Positions 19,122 through 29,089 of a stretch of DNA of 64,000 nt are shown piece by piece. The stretch's first letter is position 1; every line of letters begins with the position of its first letter. The notes beneath the pieces were generated by a model. The model made no database searches and was not told where the DNA came from. It was given only the letters and a program-made list of their open reading frames with translations. The stretch is from a virus (taxonomy: Duplodnaviria > Caudoviricetes): IMG/VR virus record IMGVR_UViG_3300013383_000020, positions 44,518 to 108,517 of that record; one strand, written 5' to 3'. Both the position numbers and the translations under genes were made by a program.

Positions 19122-19928
19122 TTGAAATTACAAAATGACAAGTATTACACACCAATAGAATTAGCAAACTACTGTTGGGATAAGGTTTTTGAAGTTGTTG
19201 GTGAAGAGAACATATCGGAGATTATTGAGCCTAGTGTGGGGAATGGCAGTTTTCTTCATCATACAGAGCAACTACCACATTTTGCGTATGATATTGAACC
19301 TGAGTGTGAATCTAATTTTACTCATATCTTTAAGCAGGATTATTTAAGTGCTGACATGAAGTATCTTTGGGGAAGGCTGATAATAGGAAATCCACCATAC
19401 GGAAGATGTTTAAGCATGGCACAGAAATTTTTCAAAAAGTCTGTTGCAATTGCAGATACAATCGCTTTTATTCTCCCTATAAGTCAATTAAATAATACAA
19501 GGTCAATGTATGAGTTTGACTTAGTATATAGTGAGGATTTAGGCATTCAACATTACACAGATAGAGATTTACATTGCTGTTTTAATATTTATCGCAGACC
19601 TGATAGTGGAGAATTGAATAGTAAACCAGTTACAAAATTAAAGGATATTGCTATCTATCGTCAGGATAGCAAGGGATATGACGAGAAAGATTTTGATATT
19701 CGTATGTGTTATTGGGGAGATGGAACTGCTGGAAAAATATTGAAGGATGGTGAACATTATTCAGCAGAATATAAAATTAAGATAAATAATGAAGAATTAA
19801 GAAAAGATATTATTGAAGTACTTACTACATTTGATTGGAAAGAATATCTAAATTGTATTGCAATGCGAAAAATACAGCAATTTCATATTATAGAGATACT
19901 TAAACAGAATGTAAAAGGAATTAAGTAA
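19122..19928 (+). CDS. N6-adenine DNA methyltransferase
   Basis: YYTP, EPSVGNGSF, GNPPY. Confidence 0.88.
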   Translation: MKLQNDKYYTPIELANYCWDKVFEVVGEENISEIIEPSVGNGSFLHHTEQLPHFAYDIEPECESNFTHIFKQDYLSADMKYLWGRLIIGNPPYGRCLSMAQKFFKKSVAIADTIAFILPISQLNNTRSMYEFDLVYSEDLGIQHYTDRDLHCCFNIYRRPDSGELNSKPVTKLKDIAIYRQDSKGYDEKDFDIRMCYWGDGTAGKILKDGEHYSAEYKIKINNEELRKDIIEVLTTFDWKEYLNCIAMRKIQQFHIIEILKQNVKGIK

Positions 19929-19996
19929 GAGAATAATAAAATGAAAGGAGACGAGGTTCGTGTACACAAGAAGGAATTCCTTACTCCAAGTAATTT

Positions 19997-20737
19997 ATGA
20001 AATATATGGGTTCAAAGTCTCGTATAGCAAAATATATATTACCAATTATTCAGGAAAGATTAAAAGATTATAATATTAAAACATATATCGAACCATTTTC
20101 AGGTGGAATGAATATGATTGATAAGGTTGAGTGCGAGAATAAAATTGCATCTGACAACAATAAATATCTTATGGAAATTTTTAATCATTTGAAAGAAATA
20201 GAAACAATGTTACCAGAAATGGTATCAAAGTCACATTATGATGAATGCCGAAAAATGTATTATTCAAATGATTTCTCAAAATATCCACAATGGTATATTG
20301 GAGCAATCGGCTTTTTGGCGAGCTATAATGGTAGATGTTATGAAGCTGGTTACGCAGGTATTGTGCATACAAAAGCTGGAACTGAGAGAAATTATTATGA
20401 TGAAGCCAAGAGAAATTTGTTAGAGCAGATTCCAAAGTTGGAAGATATTCAGTTCCAATGCGGAGATTATGAAGAGTTATATTCTGATAAAATCGACTGC
20501 TTATTTTATTGTGACATTCCGTATAAAGGCACAAAACAGTATGGATCAAGTAAGAATTTTGATTATGACAGATTCTGGAATTGGGCTGAGAAGATGAGTG
20601 AGAAAAATATTGTCTTAGTCAGTGAACATGAAGCTCCTTCAGAATGGGAATGTATTTGGCAACAGGAAGTCAAGAGAACGATTGACAATACAAAGCGAGT
20701 TAAAGCAGTAGAAAAATTATTTGAAATAAGAGAATAA
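19997..20737 (+). CDS. Dam/D12-class DNA adenine methyltransferase
   Basis: KYMGSK, EPFSGG, DIPY. Confidence 0.88.
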   Translation: MKYMGSKSRIAKYILPIIQERLKDYNIKTYIEPFSGGMNMIDKVECENKIASDNNKYLMEIFNHLKEIETMLPEMVSKSHYDECRKMYYSNDFSKYPQWYIGAIGFLASYNGRCYEAGYAGIVHTKAGTERNYYDEAKRNLLEQIPKLEDIQFQCGDYEELYSDKIDCLFYCDIPYKGTKQYGSSKNFDYDRFWNWAEKMSEKNIVLVSEHEAPSEWECIWQQEVKRTIDNTKRVKAVEKLFEIRE

Positions 20738-20769
20738 ATACATAGAAAATAGAAAGAGAGGTACTGAAA

Positions 20770-21855
20770 ATGCCAAGAGCATTAGCACATATTGAAGAAA
20801 TTAATTCTATTGTCCCAATTGAGGGTAAGGATAGAATTGTATTAGCAACAGTATTAGGTTGGACAGTAATTGTTCAGAAGGACTTTAAAGTAGGAGATAA
20901 GGTTGTATTTGCAGAAATTGATTCTGTATTTCCTGAAAAGCCTGAGTTTGAATTTTTAAGAAGTAAGAAGTTCCGCATTAAGACAATGAAGATGGCTGGT
21001 GTGATCAGTCAGGGTATTGTATTTCCATTATCCATTCTTCCAGAAGGAGAATATAACATTGGTGATGATGTAACAGATATTCTTGGTATCACACAGTATG
21101 AGCCAACAATGGACAAGGAAGAAGCCGATATAGAAAATACAAAAACATCTGTAAAGAAATATCCTGAATTTTTAATGAGAATGGCGTGGTTTAGAAAACT
21201 TGTGTTGCCAAAGAAACAGGCTAAAGGTTTCCCAAGTTTTATTAGTAAGACTGACGAAAGCAGGGTGCAGAATTGTCCTTTTTATCTCAATATGGATTGT
21301 AAGTGGATTGCAACCGAAAAGGTTGATGGACAAAGTGGTTCGTTTACATTACAGCGAGTAAAGGGTAAACATTTTTGGAATAAAGATACATATGACTTTG
21401 CAGTTTGTTCAAGAAATCTCAGAAAGTGGAAGAAGGATACATCTTCATTTTGGAGTGTTGCTGAAAAATACAACATCGAAGATGTTCTTCATAAACTGAT
21501 TGGAGATAATGAGTGGGTAGCAATTCAGGGAGAATGTGTCGCATCTAATGTACAAGGTAATAAATATCATGTTACAAAACCCGATTTATATGTTTTCAAT
21601 TTGATTTATCCAAGTGGAAGAGTCGGATCTATAGAAGCAAAGAAGATTGTAAATGATTTAGGATTAAAGTTTGTTCCTATTTTATCTGAAGATGCACAGA
21701 TTAAGGGTATGACAGTACCAGAAGTTCTTGAATATGCAACAGGTAAGAGTCAGTTATATGATACTCTCAGAGAAGGAATTGTATTCAGAAGTGAAGATGG
21801 AAAGCAATCATTTAAGGCAGTTAGTCCCGATTTCTTATTGAAGAATAATGAGTAG
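20770..21855 (+). CDS. RNA ligase (Rnl2/DRB0094-like)
   Basis: N-terminal OB-like domain; TEKVDG, QGE, REGIV, SFK. Confidence 0.85.
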   Translation: MPRALAHIEEINSIVPIEGKDRIVLATVLGWTVIVQKDFKVGDKVVFAEIDSVFPEKPEFEFLRSKKFRIKTMKMAGVISQGIVFPLSILPEGEYNIGDDVTDILGITQYEPTMDKEEADIENTKTSVKKYPEFLMRMAWFRKLVLPKKQAKGFPSFISKTDESRVQNCPFYLNMDCKWIATEKVDGQSGSFTLQRVKGKHFWNKDTYDFAVCSRNLRKWKKDTSSFWSVAEKYNIEDVLHKLIGDNEWVAIQGECVASNVQGNKYHVTKPDLYVFNLIYPSGRVGSIEAKKIVNDLGLKFVPILSEDAQIKGMTVPEVLEYATGKSQLYDTLREGIVFRSEDGKQSFKAVSPDFLLKNNE

Positions 21856-21863
21856 GTGAATTT

Positions 21864-22925
21864 ATGAATTATTACATCAGCGATTTGCATTTGAATTGCA
21901 AGAATAAATACGAAGGCAGAACATTAGAGCACGATAAAATTTTAAAAGAAAATTGGAATAAAACAGTTACAAATGGCGACACAGTGTATATTCTTGGCGA
22001 TATCGGCAGAGAGGGTGGAAATAAAGAGATGGAATATCTCTGTGAAATTATTTCTACTCTTAAAGGTAAGAAAGTATTGGTGCAAGGAAATCATGAGAAA
22101 TTAAAGGATATAAGAGTTAAGCAGTTATTCGTAGAGATAATACCATATAAAGAGATTAGTGATAATTTTAATGGTATAAATCAAAATGTAGTTTTGTGTC
22201 ATTATCCAATATTATTTTGGAATGGGCAACATAAAAACTGGATTCATTTATATGGGCATTTGCATAATACTAACGAAGAAGCTTTATATAGGAACTGTCT
22301 TAAAGAAGTCAATAAGTATTTTGCTATTCAAGGCACAAAAGGTCATACAGATTGTCCACCTGCTAGAGCATATAATGTTGGTGCAATGATGCCATATATG
22401 AACTATACACCAAGAACACTGGAAGAATCATTAAGAGTGGAGAATAAAGATATGAAGATAGAACTAATCAAATTGAAATTCAATGACACTTGTTCATATA
22501 AATACAAACCATTTAAGCATTGCTGTGAAGCAATTCAGAATGACAAAGCTATTGTTTTTACAGACGAAGATATAAATGATATCGGTGGAGAATATAAAGA
22601 TGACGGTATTTCTACTCCACAGTTTTGCACTTCACATACAGAAGTTATCACTTCTTATGAAGATGAGTGGGAACAGACAGACAATTATCCGATTCGATTC
22701 TGCCCTCATTGTGGAGAAGAGATTGAGATTTCAGTTGTAGAAGAAATTGATGTATCTGATAAATACAATGAACTATCTAAGCAGCGTAATGAAGTGTGGA
22801 AGAAGTGTCAGAGAACGGATAGCAAGAAGAAGGAATCTGAGCTGAGAGAACAGGTTAGCAAGTTGGATAAACAGATTGATAGCTTTTACTGGTTGGATGA
22901 GTGGAAGGAGAATAATTATGTATAA
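21864..22925 (+). CDS. calcineurin-like metallophosphoesterase fused to a second ORF (internal start 22452)
   Basis: SDLH, LGD, GNHE, HYP, GHLH; internal RBS and ATG. Confidence 0.8.
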   Translation: MNYYISDLHLNCKNKYEGRTLEHDKILKENWNKTVTNGDTVYILGDIGREGGNKEMEYLCEIISTLKGKKVLVQGNHEKLKDIRVKQLFVEIIPYKEISDNFNGINQNVVLCHYPILFWNGQHKNWIHLYGHLHNTNEEALYRNCLKEVNKYFAIQGTKGHTDCPPARAYNVGAMMPYMNYTPRTLEESLRVENKDMKIELIKLKFNDTCSYKYKPFKHCCEAIQNDKAIVFTDEDINDIGGEYKDDGISTPQFCTSHTEVITSYEDEWEQTDNYPIRFCPHCGEEIEISVVEEIDVSDKYNELSKQRNEVWKKCQRTDSKKKESELREQVSKLDKQIDSFYWLDEWKENNYV

Positions 22926-23517
22926 GCAGATTATTATTGCCAGAAAAGATTTGGGGATGAGTTCTGGGAAGCTCGCAGCCCAAGTCAGTCACGGCTCTAT
23001 GGCGTTTTTAACATGGATGATTAGAAATAATGCAACAGCAATTATTAATGAAAAAAGTGGTAGAGCATGGGAATATCCAGATAAACCACAATACTATAGG
23101 CATCCAGATTTAAATGAATTTGCAGAAATTACAAGGCAAAATGGTAAAAGGTTATTTTACTATAAGCCTTCGAATCCAAATAATCCATATGGAACACAAG
23201 TGATGTGCGACCATCCAACTATCAAAGAATATTCTACAAAATTCACTATTGACAAGGATTTATATGAACAGTGGATTAATGGTGAATTTACAAAGTGTGT
23301 TCTTCAAGCAAAGAATAAGAATCAGTTATTAAAAGCTAAGACTATGGCAGAAGAGTTAGGAATGGTTGAAGGTAAAGATTTCTGGCTAATAAAGGATAAT
23401 TGTCACACCGAATTAGAACCTGAAGAAGATGGTAGAACACTTACTGTAATCGGCTTTAGACCAATGGATAGTGAGATTATTGACCAGATTGGAAGAAAAT
23501 ATCATTTATATATGTAG
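22918..23517 (+). CDS. peptidyl-tRNA hydrolase Pth2 family
   Basis: RKDLGMSSGKLAAQVSH, KCVL, DNCHTE, TVIGFRP. Confidence 0.85.
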   Translation: MYKQIIIARKDLGMSSGKLAAQVSHGSMAFLTWMIRNNATAIINEKSGRAWEYPDKPQYYRHPDLNEFAEITRQNGKRLFYYKPSNPNNPYGTQVMCDHPTIKEYSTKFTIDKDLYEQWINGEFTKCVLQAKNKNQLLKAKTMAEELGMVEGKDFWLIKDNCHTELEPEEDGRTLTVIGFRPMDSEIIDQIGRKYHLYM

Positions 23518-23534
23518 AAATGGAGAATATTAAA

Positions 23535-23873
23535 ATGGCAAATAGATTATTACTTGAGAGTGAAGTGATTAAAGTAGTAGATAAGAATACAAATGATGAG
23601 AGTCAGTTAGATAATGATATTAGCTGCATTCTTGAAGAGGTAAATCCTGTTGTATTAGTTGGTTCAAAAGAAGCGTTGGATAGTTTAAAAGTAGAGTGTA
23701 AACCAGCACAGAAACAAAAGCGAATTGAGTTATTCGAGAATGAAGATGTTGTATTAGAACAGCGTGGCAACAGATATTACTTGTCTCTATATGATAAGGA
23801 AGGAAAGTTCCAGAGGGAAGTTACTATTGATGTCAAGGATGATTACAAGGTTGGACTTGGAAATTGTAAGTAG
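23535..23873 (+). CDS. hypothetical protein
   Basis: ORF with RBS. Confidence 0.7.
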   Translation: MANRLLLESEVIKVVDKNTNDESQLDNDISCILEEVNPVVLVGSKEALDSLKVECKPAQKQKRIELFENEDVVLEQRGNRYYLSLYDKEGKFQREVTIDVKDDYKVGLGNCK

Positions 23874-23882
23874 GAATAGCTT

Positions 23883-24074
23883 ATGAGATCAGAGATAAAA
23901 AGACGACAGTTTTCTGAAAATCATCAATCTTGGTTCTCCCATGATTATGCTTGCTGGGCAAATAATCACAATGGTTGGAGAAAGATGAAAAAGAAGAATC
24001 GTAGATTATTTAAAAAGAAGTATCGAAGAGAAGTTGAGAAGGATATTAATAATGAATTGAATGATATGCAATAA
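23883..24074 (+). CDS. small basic hypothetical protein
   Basis: ORF. Confidence 0.65.
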   Translation: MRSEIKRRQFSENHQSWFSHDYACWANNHNGWRKMKKKNRRLFKKKYRREVEKDINNELNDMQ

Positions 24075-24098
24075 TAGTAAATTCAGGATTCATTGGCT
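24071..24098. repeat. dif-like dyad site (agtaaa-ttcagg-attcat)
   Basis: One mismatch, at stop codon. Confidence 0.7.
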
Positions 24099-24115
24099 TT
24101 AAGAAAGGAGAACAT

Positions 24116-24406
24116 ATGAGAGAAGATAGGCTTAATTATATTGAGAAAGAGATTAGTAAAACACCACTTTATTCGCTGCTTGGCGCAGATGGTATTAGTG
24201 AATTGAAGAGTAGAATTATTGACATTATCTGTAATCAAGTACAGAAAGATTTGAGAGAAAGTCCGTATTATCTTATTAGTCCAGATGATGTAAATGAGAC
24301 TCTAGGAGAGAATATTGTTAAGGAAGCAATTGATGAATTAAAAGAAGAGTGGAAGGACAAGCTCAAAGAATATATGTCTCAGAAACTTGAAGCAATGATG
24401 AAGTAA
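24116..24406 (+). CDS. hypothetical protein (single-gene cassette)
   Basis: Flanked by dyad sites. Confidence 0.75.
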   Translation: MREDRLNYIEKEISKTPLYSLLGADGISELKSRIIDIICNQVQKDLRESPYYLISPDDVNETLGENIVKEAIDELKEEWKDKLKEYMSQKLEAMMK

Positions 24407-24407
24407 C

Positions 24408-24435
24408 TTCACAGGAAAGCAACATATCTTTGGAT
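24408..24435. repeat. dif-like dyad site (aggaaa-gcaaca-tatctt)
   Basis: One mismatch, just after stop codon. Confidence 0.75.
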
Positions 24436-24466
24436 TTTGAGAGAATAATACATTGGAGGTGAAAAC

Positions 24467-24694
24467 GTGAAGTTAATTGGTGACGAAGCATTTGAAGAAT
24501 ATCAGAAATTAAAAGATAAGAATACTCCAAAGAAAGTAAAAACGCAAAAATATGAACTATTAGTTAAATCAGGATGGGAGTATGCATGTCCTGCTTGTGG
24601 ATGTGCTGTTGGTGCAAATAAATATGACACAGAATATACTGACGAATATCCATATTGTGACAATTGCGGTCAGGCATTAGATTGGAAAAAATAA
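24467..24694 (+). CDS. Zn-ribbon protein (single-gene cassette)
   Basis: CPACG...YCDNCGQALDW. Confidence 0.75.
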   Translation: MKLIGDEAFEEYQKLKDKNTPKKVKTQKYELLVKSGWEYACPACGCAVGANKYDTEYTDEYPYCDNCGQALDWKK

Positions 24695-24698
24695 CAAG

Positions 24699-25009
24699 AA
24701 TCCAATCTTTCAAGCGAATTTTCAATCTTTACTCGATAGAATTTATGTTCATTTCCTTGCTTATCAAATCCCTTAATAATGGATTTATCCAGCCAAAAGT
24801 AGCCCTCTTTCAGATCTTCTAATGGCTGTTTGGTTGTATCTCTCAAGAATGTAAGATACTCATTGTAAATTGGGTTCACTCATATACCTGAGTGTTATGT
24901 ACATAACCTTTTACCTAGGATTATCCTTACCTTTCTTTGATTTTATGGCATTTGCAACTACCATTTATGTTGTTATTTGTTCAAAAATTTTCCAATGAAA
25001 GATTGGATT
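24699..25009. other. Inverted segment bounded by 14-bp inverted repeats
   Basis: aatccaatctttca (24699-24712) / tgaaagattggatt (24996-25009). Confidence 0.88.
24700..24879 (-). CDS. Inverted 5' end of the PAPS-reductase-family gene
   Basis: MNPIY...SLERLD joins ERLDCTKLK... in frame on re-inversion. Confidence 0.85.
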
Positions 25010-25654
25010 GCACCAAATTGAAATCCTATGACAATATATCAGATGTAGATTTAGCAAGTTGGCAAGACTTAATCGAATTACAGAAAGAACATCTAACGCA
25101 GCTTGAAGCTGATTCATTAGAACTAATCAAAGAAAAGACAGAGAAGTTTAATACATATACTTCAATAATTCCTGTCTCTATGGGTAAGGATTCAATGCTT
25201 ACCTGTCATCTAGTCAGAAAATTATATCCAGAAACCAAAGCAATATTTAATAACACATCGCTTGACTGTGCTGATACATACAAAATGGTTAAGACTTTTC
25301 CTAACTGTGAGATTATGAATCCTAAGAAGGGATTTTACCAGTATGTAGAATCAGATCACATGATCCCTACGAGATTTGCAAGATTTTGCTGTAGGATTTT
25401 CAAGGTTGGTGTTATGGTATCCCAGCTTGACCACGACCATCCGTATCTTATGTGGATGGGAATGCGAAACGAAGAGTCAAATACTCGTAGTGGTTATCAG
25501 GATGAATGGGTGAATGAGCAGGAATGGGGCAAGACCCGTTGGCAAGGTATTCTTCCTATTAGAAAATGGTCAGAGATGGATGTATGGCTTTATACAATTT
25601 GGAAGAATATTGAGATAAATTCCAAGTATAAGAAGGGTTATTCTCGTTGTGGGT
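24997..25654 (+). CDS. PAPS-reductase family (PP-loop) protein, exon 1 remainder
   Basis: SMGKDS, RFCCRIFK, GMRNEESNTR, PIRKWSEMDVW, GYSRCG. Confidence 0.88.
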
Positions 25655-26789
25655 GGACTTTGTTACGCCCCTTTATATAGAAATATATATCGAAAATGCA
25701 GTGAACACGTTTATCAGCGTGGTGTCAGATTAACGATGTTAGGAATTGTAGGAAATGACAATTAGTAATCTGGCTAACAGGGAAGCCTAAATCAAAGATG
25801 ATATGGTAATCCTGTGCTAAGTCTTTTGGTTGAGACGAAAGGAAAGATAAAAATAAGTAGATTAGGAACAATTTATATTATAAGAAATAAATGTAATGAT
25901 AAAGTTTATATTGGACAGACAACACAATCTGTTGAGGAAAGATTTAAACAACATCTAAAACCATCTGCACATAAAAAATTTGGTAATTATAAAATTTATA
26001 GAGCAATGAATAAATATGGTTCTGATAACTTCTATTGTGAAGTATTAGAAGAGAATATACCATATGAAAAACTCGATGAAAAAGAAGTATATTACATAGA
26101 AAAATTTGATGGTTTTCATAATGGATATAATTCTACTCCTGGTGGTGACGAAAAAACTATTTATAAAATTGATGATGTAAATGATATTATCAATAGATTA
26201 CAGACTGGTGAAATGATAAAAAACATTGCAAATGATTATGATGTTTGTCCTCATACAATAAGAAGAACTTTGCAAGCATATGGAATTAATACTCCAAGTG
26301 ATATACAAGGCAAACATATTCGAGAAGATTTACGAACAATTCCAAGAGAAGAAATAAGGGAATTATACACAAAAGGACTATCGCATTCAGAAATTGCAAA
26401 GGAACTTGGTATAGATCAGAGAAGTGTTTCGAGAGTGGTAAAAGAACTTGGGATAGGGAAAAGAAACGTAATTGATTATAATTCGTTAGATTTAGACGCA
26501 ATTTTGATTGATTTTGAAAAAGCCGAATCTGGCGAATTAAAGAAAAAAGATGTTTTGAAAAAATATGGCTTAAATCAACATTCATTAAAAGTAATTAAGA
26601 AATTAAAAAATATATCATAAACGACCAAAAGAAAAGTCAATCGACTATTATGTAGGGCTGAGATTGATACAGCTCGAAGTGCTGCACACGAGTAATTATA
26701 GATTATTCTGAGTGATGTTCTGTCACAAACCTAACGTTAAACGAGGGTGATGATATAGTCAGTACTATATGAAAATATAGAATTATATG
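25655..26789 (+). mobile_element. Group I intron
   Basis: Exon U/terminal G; IGS ttacgccc pairs with gggt (P1) and gtaa (P10); gacta/gatatagtc P7 motifs; splicing restores GYSRCGCNIACPF. Confidence 0.88.
25814..26620 (+). CDS. intron-encoded GIY-YIG homing endonuclease with C-terminal HTH
   Basis: GTIYII...VYIGQT...GYN. Confidence 0.88.
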   Translation: MLSLLVETKGKIKISRLGTIYIIRNKCNDKVYIGQTTQSVEERFKQHLKPSAHKKFGNYKIYRAMNKYGSDNFYCEVLEENIPYEKLDEKEVYYIEKFDGFHNGYNSTPGGDEKTIYKIDDVNDIINRLQTGEMIKNIANDYDVCPHTIRRTLQAYGINTPSDIQGKHIREDLRTIPREEIRELYTKGLSHSEIAKELGIDQRSVSRVVKELGIGKRNVIDYNSLDLDAILIDFEKAESGELKKKDVLKKYGLNQHSLKVIKKLKNIS

Positions 26790-27253
26790 GTAATATTGCG
26801 TGTCCGTTTTATACGAAGTCAACATGGATTTTGGACAAGTATTGGTATCCACAGGCTTATGAGAGATGGAGAAACATTTTAAAACAAGACTTCATCGCAA
26901 ATAAGAAATGGATAATCATGAACTGTACTATTGACGAATATCTTACACAGGCTTGGAATGGTGGAACATTCAGAGATGAACCAACTGATGAAGTCATTAA
27001 AGAATTTGCTGAGTATAACGGATTGAATGTTGGCGACACAAAAGTAGCAAGGCAGTATTTTAATAAATATTGTGATGAGTGCGAAAAGAGAATAAAAGAC
27101 AAGACAACGCTGGCTATGAACATGAAGTTCCACGGAAGAGATGTATCGAAGTTTTTGTGTAAGAAATGTTTTAAGAAATTGTACGAGATGGATGATGATA
27201 AGTGGAATAAGTATGTTGAATCGTTTAAAAGAGATGGTTGTGCGTTGTTTTAA
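26790..27253 (+). CDS. PAPS-reductase family protein, exon 2 (C-terminal Zn finger)
   Basis: NIACPFY...CDEC...LCKKC. Confidence 0.85.
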
Positions 27254-27315
27254 TAGAGAATAAGTAATTAGAGGTCACGAAAGCCTTGAAAAACAAGGCT
27301 TTTAGAATCTCAAAA

Positions 27316-27343
27316 GTCGAAGGAAATTTTTCTTTCTTGTGAA
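27316..27343. repeat. dif-like dyad site (aggaaa-tttttc-tttctt)
   Basis: Strict consensus. Confidence 0.8.
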
Positions 27344-27358
27344 GATTGGAGGTGTGTT

Positions 27359-27682
27359 ATGAGAACAGAGAATATAAAAGTGACATTTAAAATTCCAATT
27401 CCAGTTGATAAGCCTGACTTAAATGGTCATATATATTCAAAAGAAGCAATCAGAAATGCTTATAAAAATGTAAAGAATATTCCGATTGAGATGCCAAACA
27501 ATGACGGTCAATTCTTTCCTATTGGAGTAGCACAGGAAGTTGAATTGATTGAAGATGACAATGGTGTGTATGTCACAGGAGTTGGTCTTGTCTGGCATGG
27601 TGGCACAGAAGAAAGTGTTGAGATGGTTGATGGCAAAGTAACGAGCTTTCATGTACGTGGCGTTGGGATCTCTAAAGATTAG
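27359..27682 (+). CDS. hypothetical protein
   Basis: ggaggt RBS. Confidence 0.75.
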   Translation: MRTENIKVTFKIPIPVDKPDLNGHIYSKEAIRNAYKNVKNIPIEMPNNDGQFFPIGVAQEVELIEDDNGVYVTGVGLVWHGGTEESVEMVDGKVTSFHVRGVGISKD

Positions 27683-27694
27683 GAGAATAATATT

Positions 27695-28012
27695 ATGAAG
27701 TTGATTAACAAATATGCGAACACAAAATACTCAAAAATGAGTGAATATTATTGTGAAATCACATCAGAGTTGGACAAACTTGTTGGACTTGATCTTAATG
27801 GACATTGGAAACATTATGTGCTTTGTGATTATGAAGATGGATGTTTTCCTATTAGAATTCCAGGTGGAACACTTGGAAGTATAGAGTACGATGAAAATAA
27901 AGTGATTACGAAAATTCATGTTTGTACTGATTATGTTGTGAAAACTTATCCTAATAATGTAAACGAACAGCTTCAGAAATTCATTGGTCAGAAGATAGAG
28001 ATAGGAGAATAA
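27695..28012 (+). CDS. hypothetical protein
   Basis: ORF with RBS. Confidence 0.75.
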   Translation: MKLINKYANTKYSKMSEYYCEITSELDKLVGLDLNGHWKHYVLCDYEDGCFPIRIPGGTLGSIEYDENKVITKIHVCTDYVVKTYPNNVNEQLQKFIGQKIEIGE

Positions 28013-28016
28013 CCAT

Positions 28017-28364
28017 ATGGCAGATAGACAGACCAAAACTATACAGTGGACAATAAATCTACCCATGAATTTTCCTTCAGATTGGGATAATGACATGATA
28101 GAATTCCATCTAAACGAATCAAGTTGGTGTTGTAGCAATCTCATTAGTGAACTTGAAAAATATGATGAGGAAAATGGTTGTATTTGTGGTATATGCGAAG
28201 CAAAAGTGACTGATAAGATAGAGAACTTAATAAGTAAAGAAAGAAATAAAACACTTGATGAAGTTCTAAAAGCTTGTGACATTGAATGTGGATTATATAG
28301 TGGCGATGTTAAGAATCTTACAAGACATGTTTTGATGAGAGTACTTGATGGATTGAGAGAATAA
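28017..28364 (+). CDS. Cys-rich hypothetical protein
   Basis: WCCSN...CICGIC. Confidence 0.7.
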   Translation: MADRQTKTIQWTINLPMNFPSDWDNDMIEFHLNESSWCCSNLISELEKYDEENGCICGICEAKVTDKIENLISKERNKTLDEVLKACDIECGLYSGDVKNLTRHVLMRVLDGLRE

Positions 28365-28387
28365 ATATCTGTGAGGTGGTGAAATAG

Positions 28388-29077
28388 ATGAATGAAATAA
28401 AAAATGGTACAAGATTATATATAAACCTGACTAACAAATGTAATACAAACTGTCCATTTTGTTGTATGTATAGTGGAGTTGACAAAGATAGGTTTCTTAC
28501 ATTTGAACAATTTGAGGACATAATTGATAATTGTACAACGGATTTTGAGCTTCAGTTAGAAGGTGGTGAACCACTTTTACATAAAGATATTTTTCTCTTT
28601 ATAGAATACGCAATTCACACTAATAAATGTACTAAGGTAATCGTATTGACTAACGGAATTTTACTTCCAGCTTATATGAATAGATTTATAGGCATTGCTA
28701 ACTGGTACAATACTAAATTTGAATTTAAGATAAGTATTAATTACTTCTTGCTAAATCAAGCAAAGAAATCAGGCATAGATCAGTTAAAAGTATTTAGCAA
28801 TATTGCATTTGCGACAGATTATATTCCAAATATAGATGTTATATTCAATGTAAGAAAAAGGCATAGTATTGATGAGTGGATCGAAAATGAGTTAGAAAAA
28901 TATGATTTAAAGAAAAAATCTAATATTTTTTATTTACAATCATATGGAAAACTTACAGATAGCGATGAATATGATAAGCCAATAATAGTTCAAAATATAG
29001 ACGATTGGAAAATTTATGCCAGCGATGGAACATGTTTTGGACAAGATTTAATTGCCAGAAGCGAATATGAAAAATAG
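28388..29077 (+). CDS. radical SAM protein
   Basis: CNTNCPFC, GGEP, TNG. Confidence 0.9.
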   Translation: MNEIKNGTRLYINLTNKCNTNCPFCCMYSGVDKDRFLTFEQFEDIIDNCTTDFELQLEGGEPLLHKDIFLFIEYAIHTNKCTKVIVLTNGILLPAYMNRFIGIANWYNTKFEFKISINYFLLNQAKKSGIDQLKVFSNIAFATDYIPNIDVIFNVRKRHSIDEWIENELEKYDLKKKSNIFYLQSYGKLTDSDEYDKPIIVQNIDDWKIYASDGTCFGQDLIARSEYEK

Positions 29078-29089
29078 GAGCGAAATAGA

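Noticed and set aside
24937-24996. ORF-track N-terminus MILWHLQLPF...
   Set aside because: Artefact of the inverted leader; no RBS
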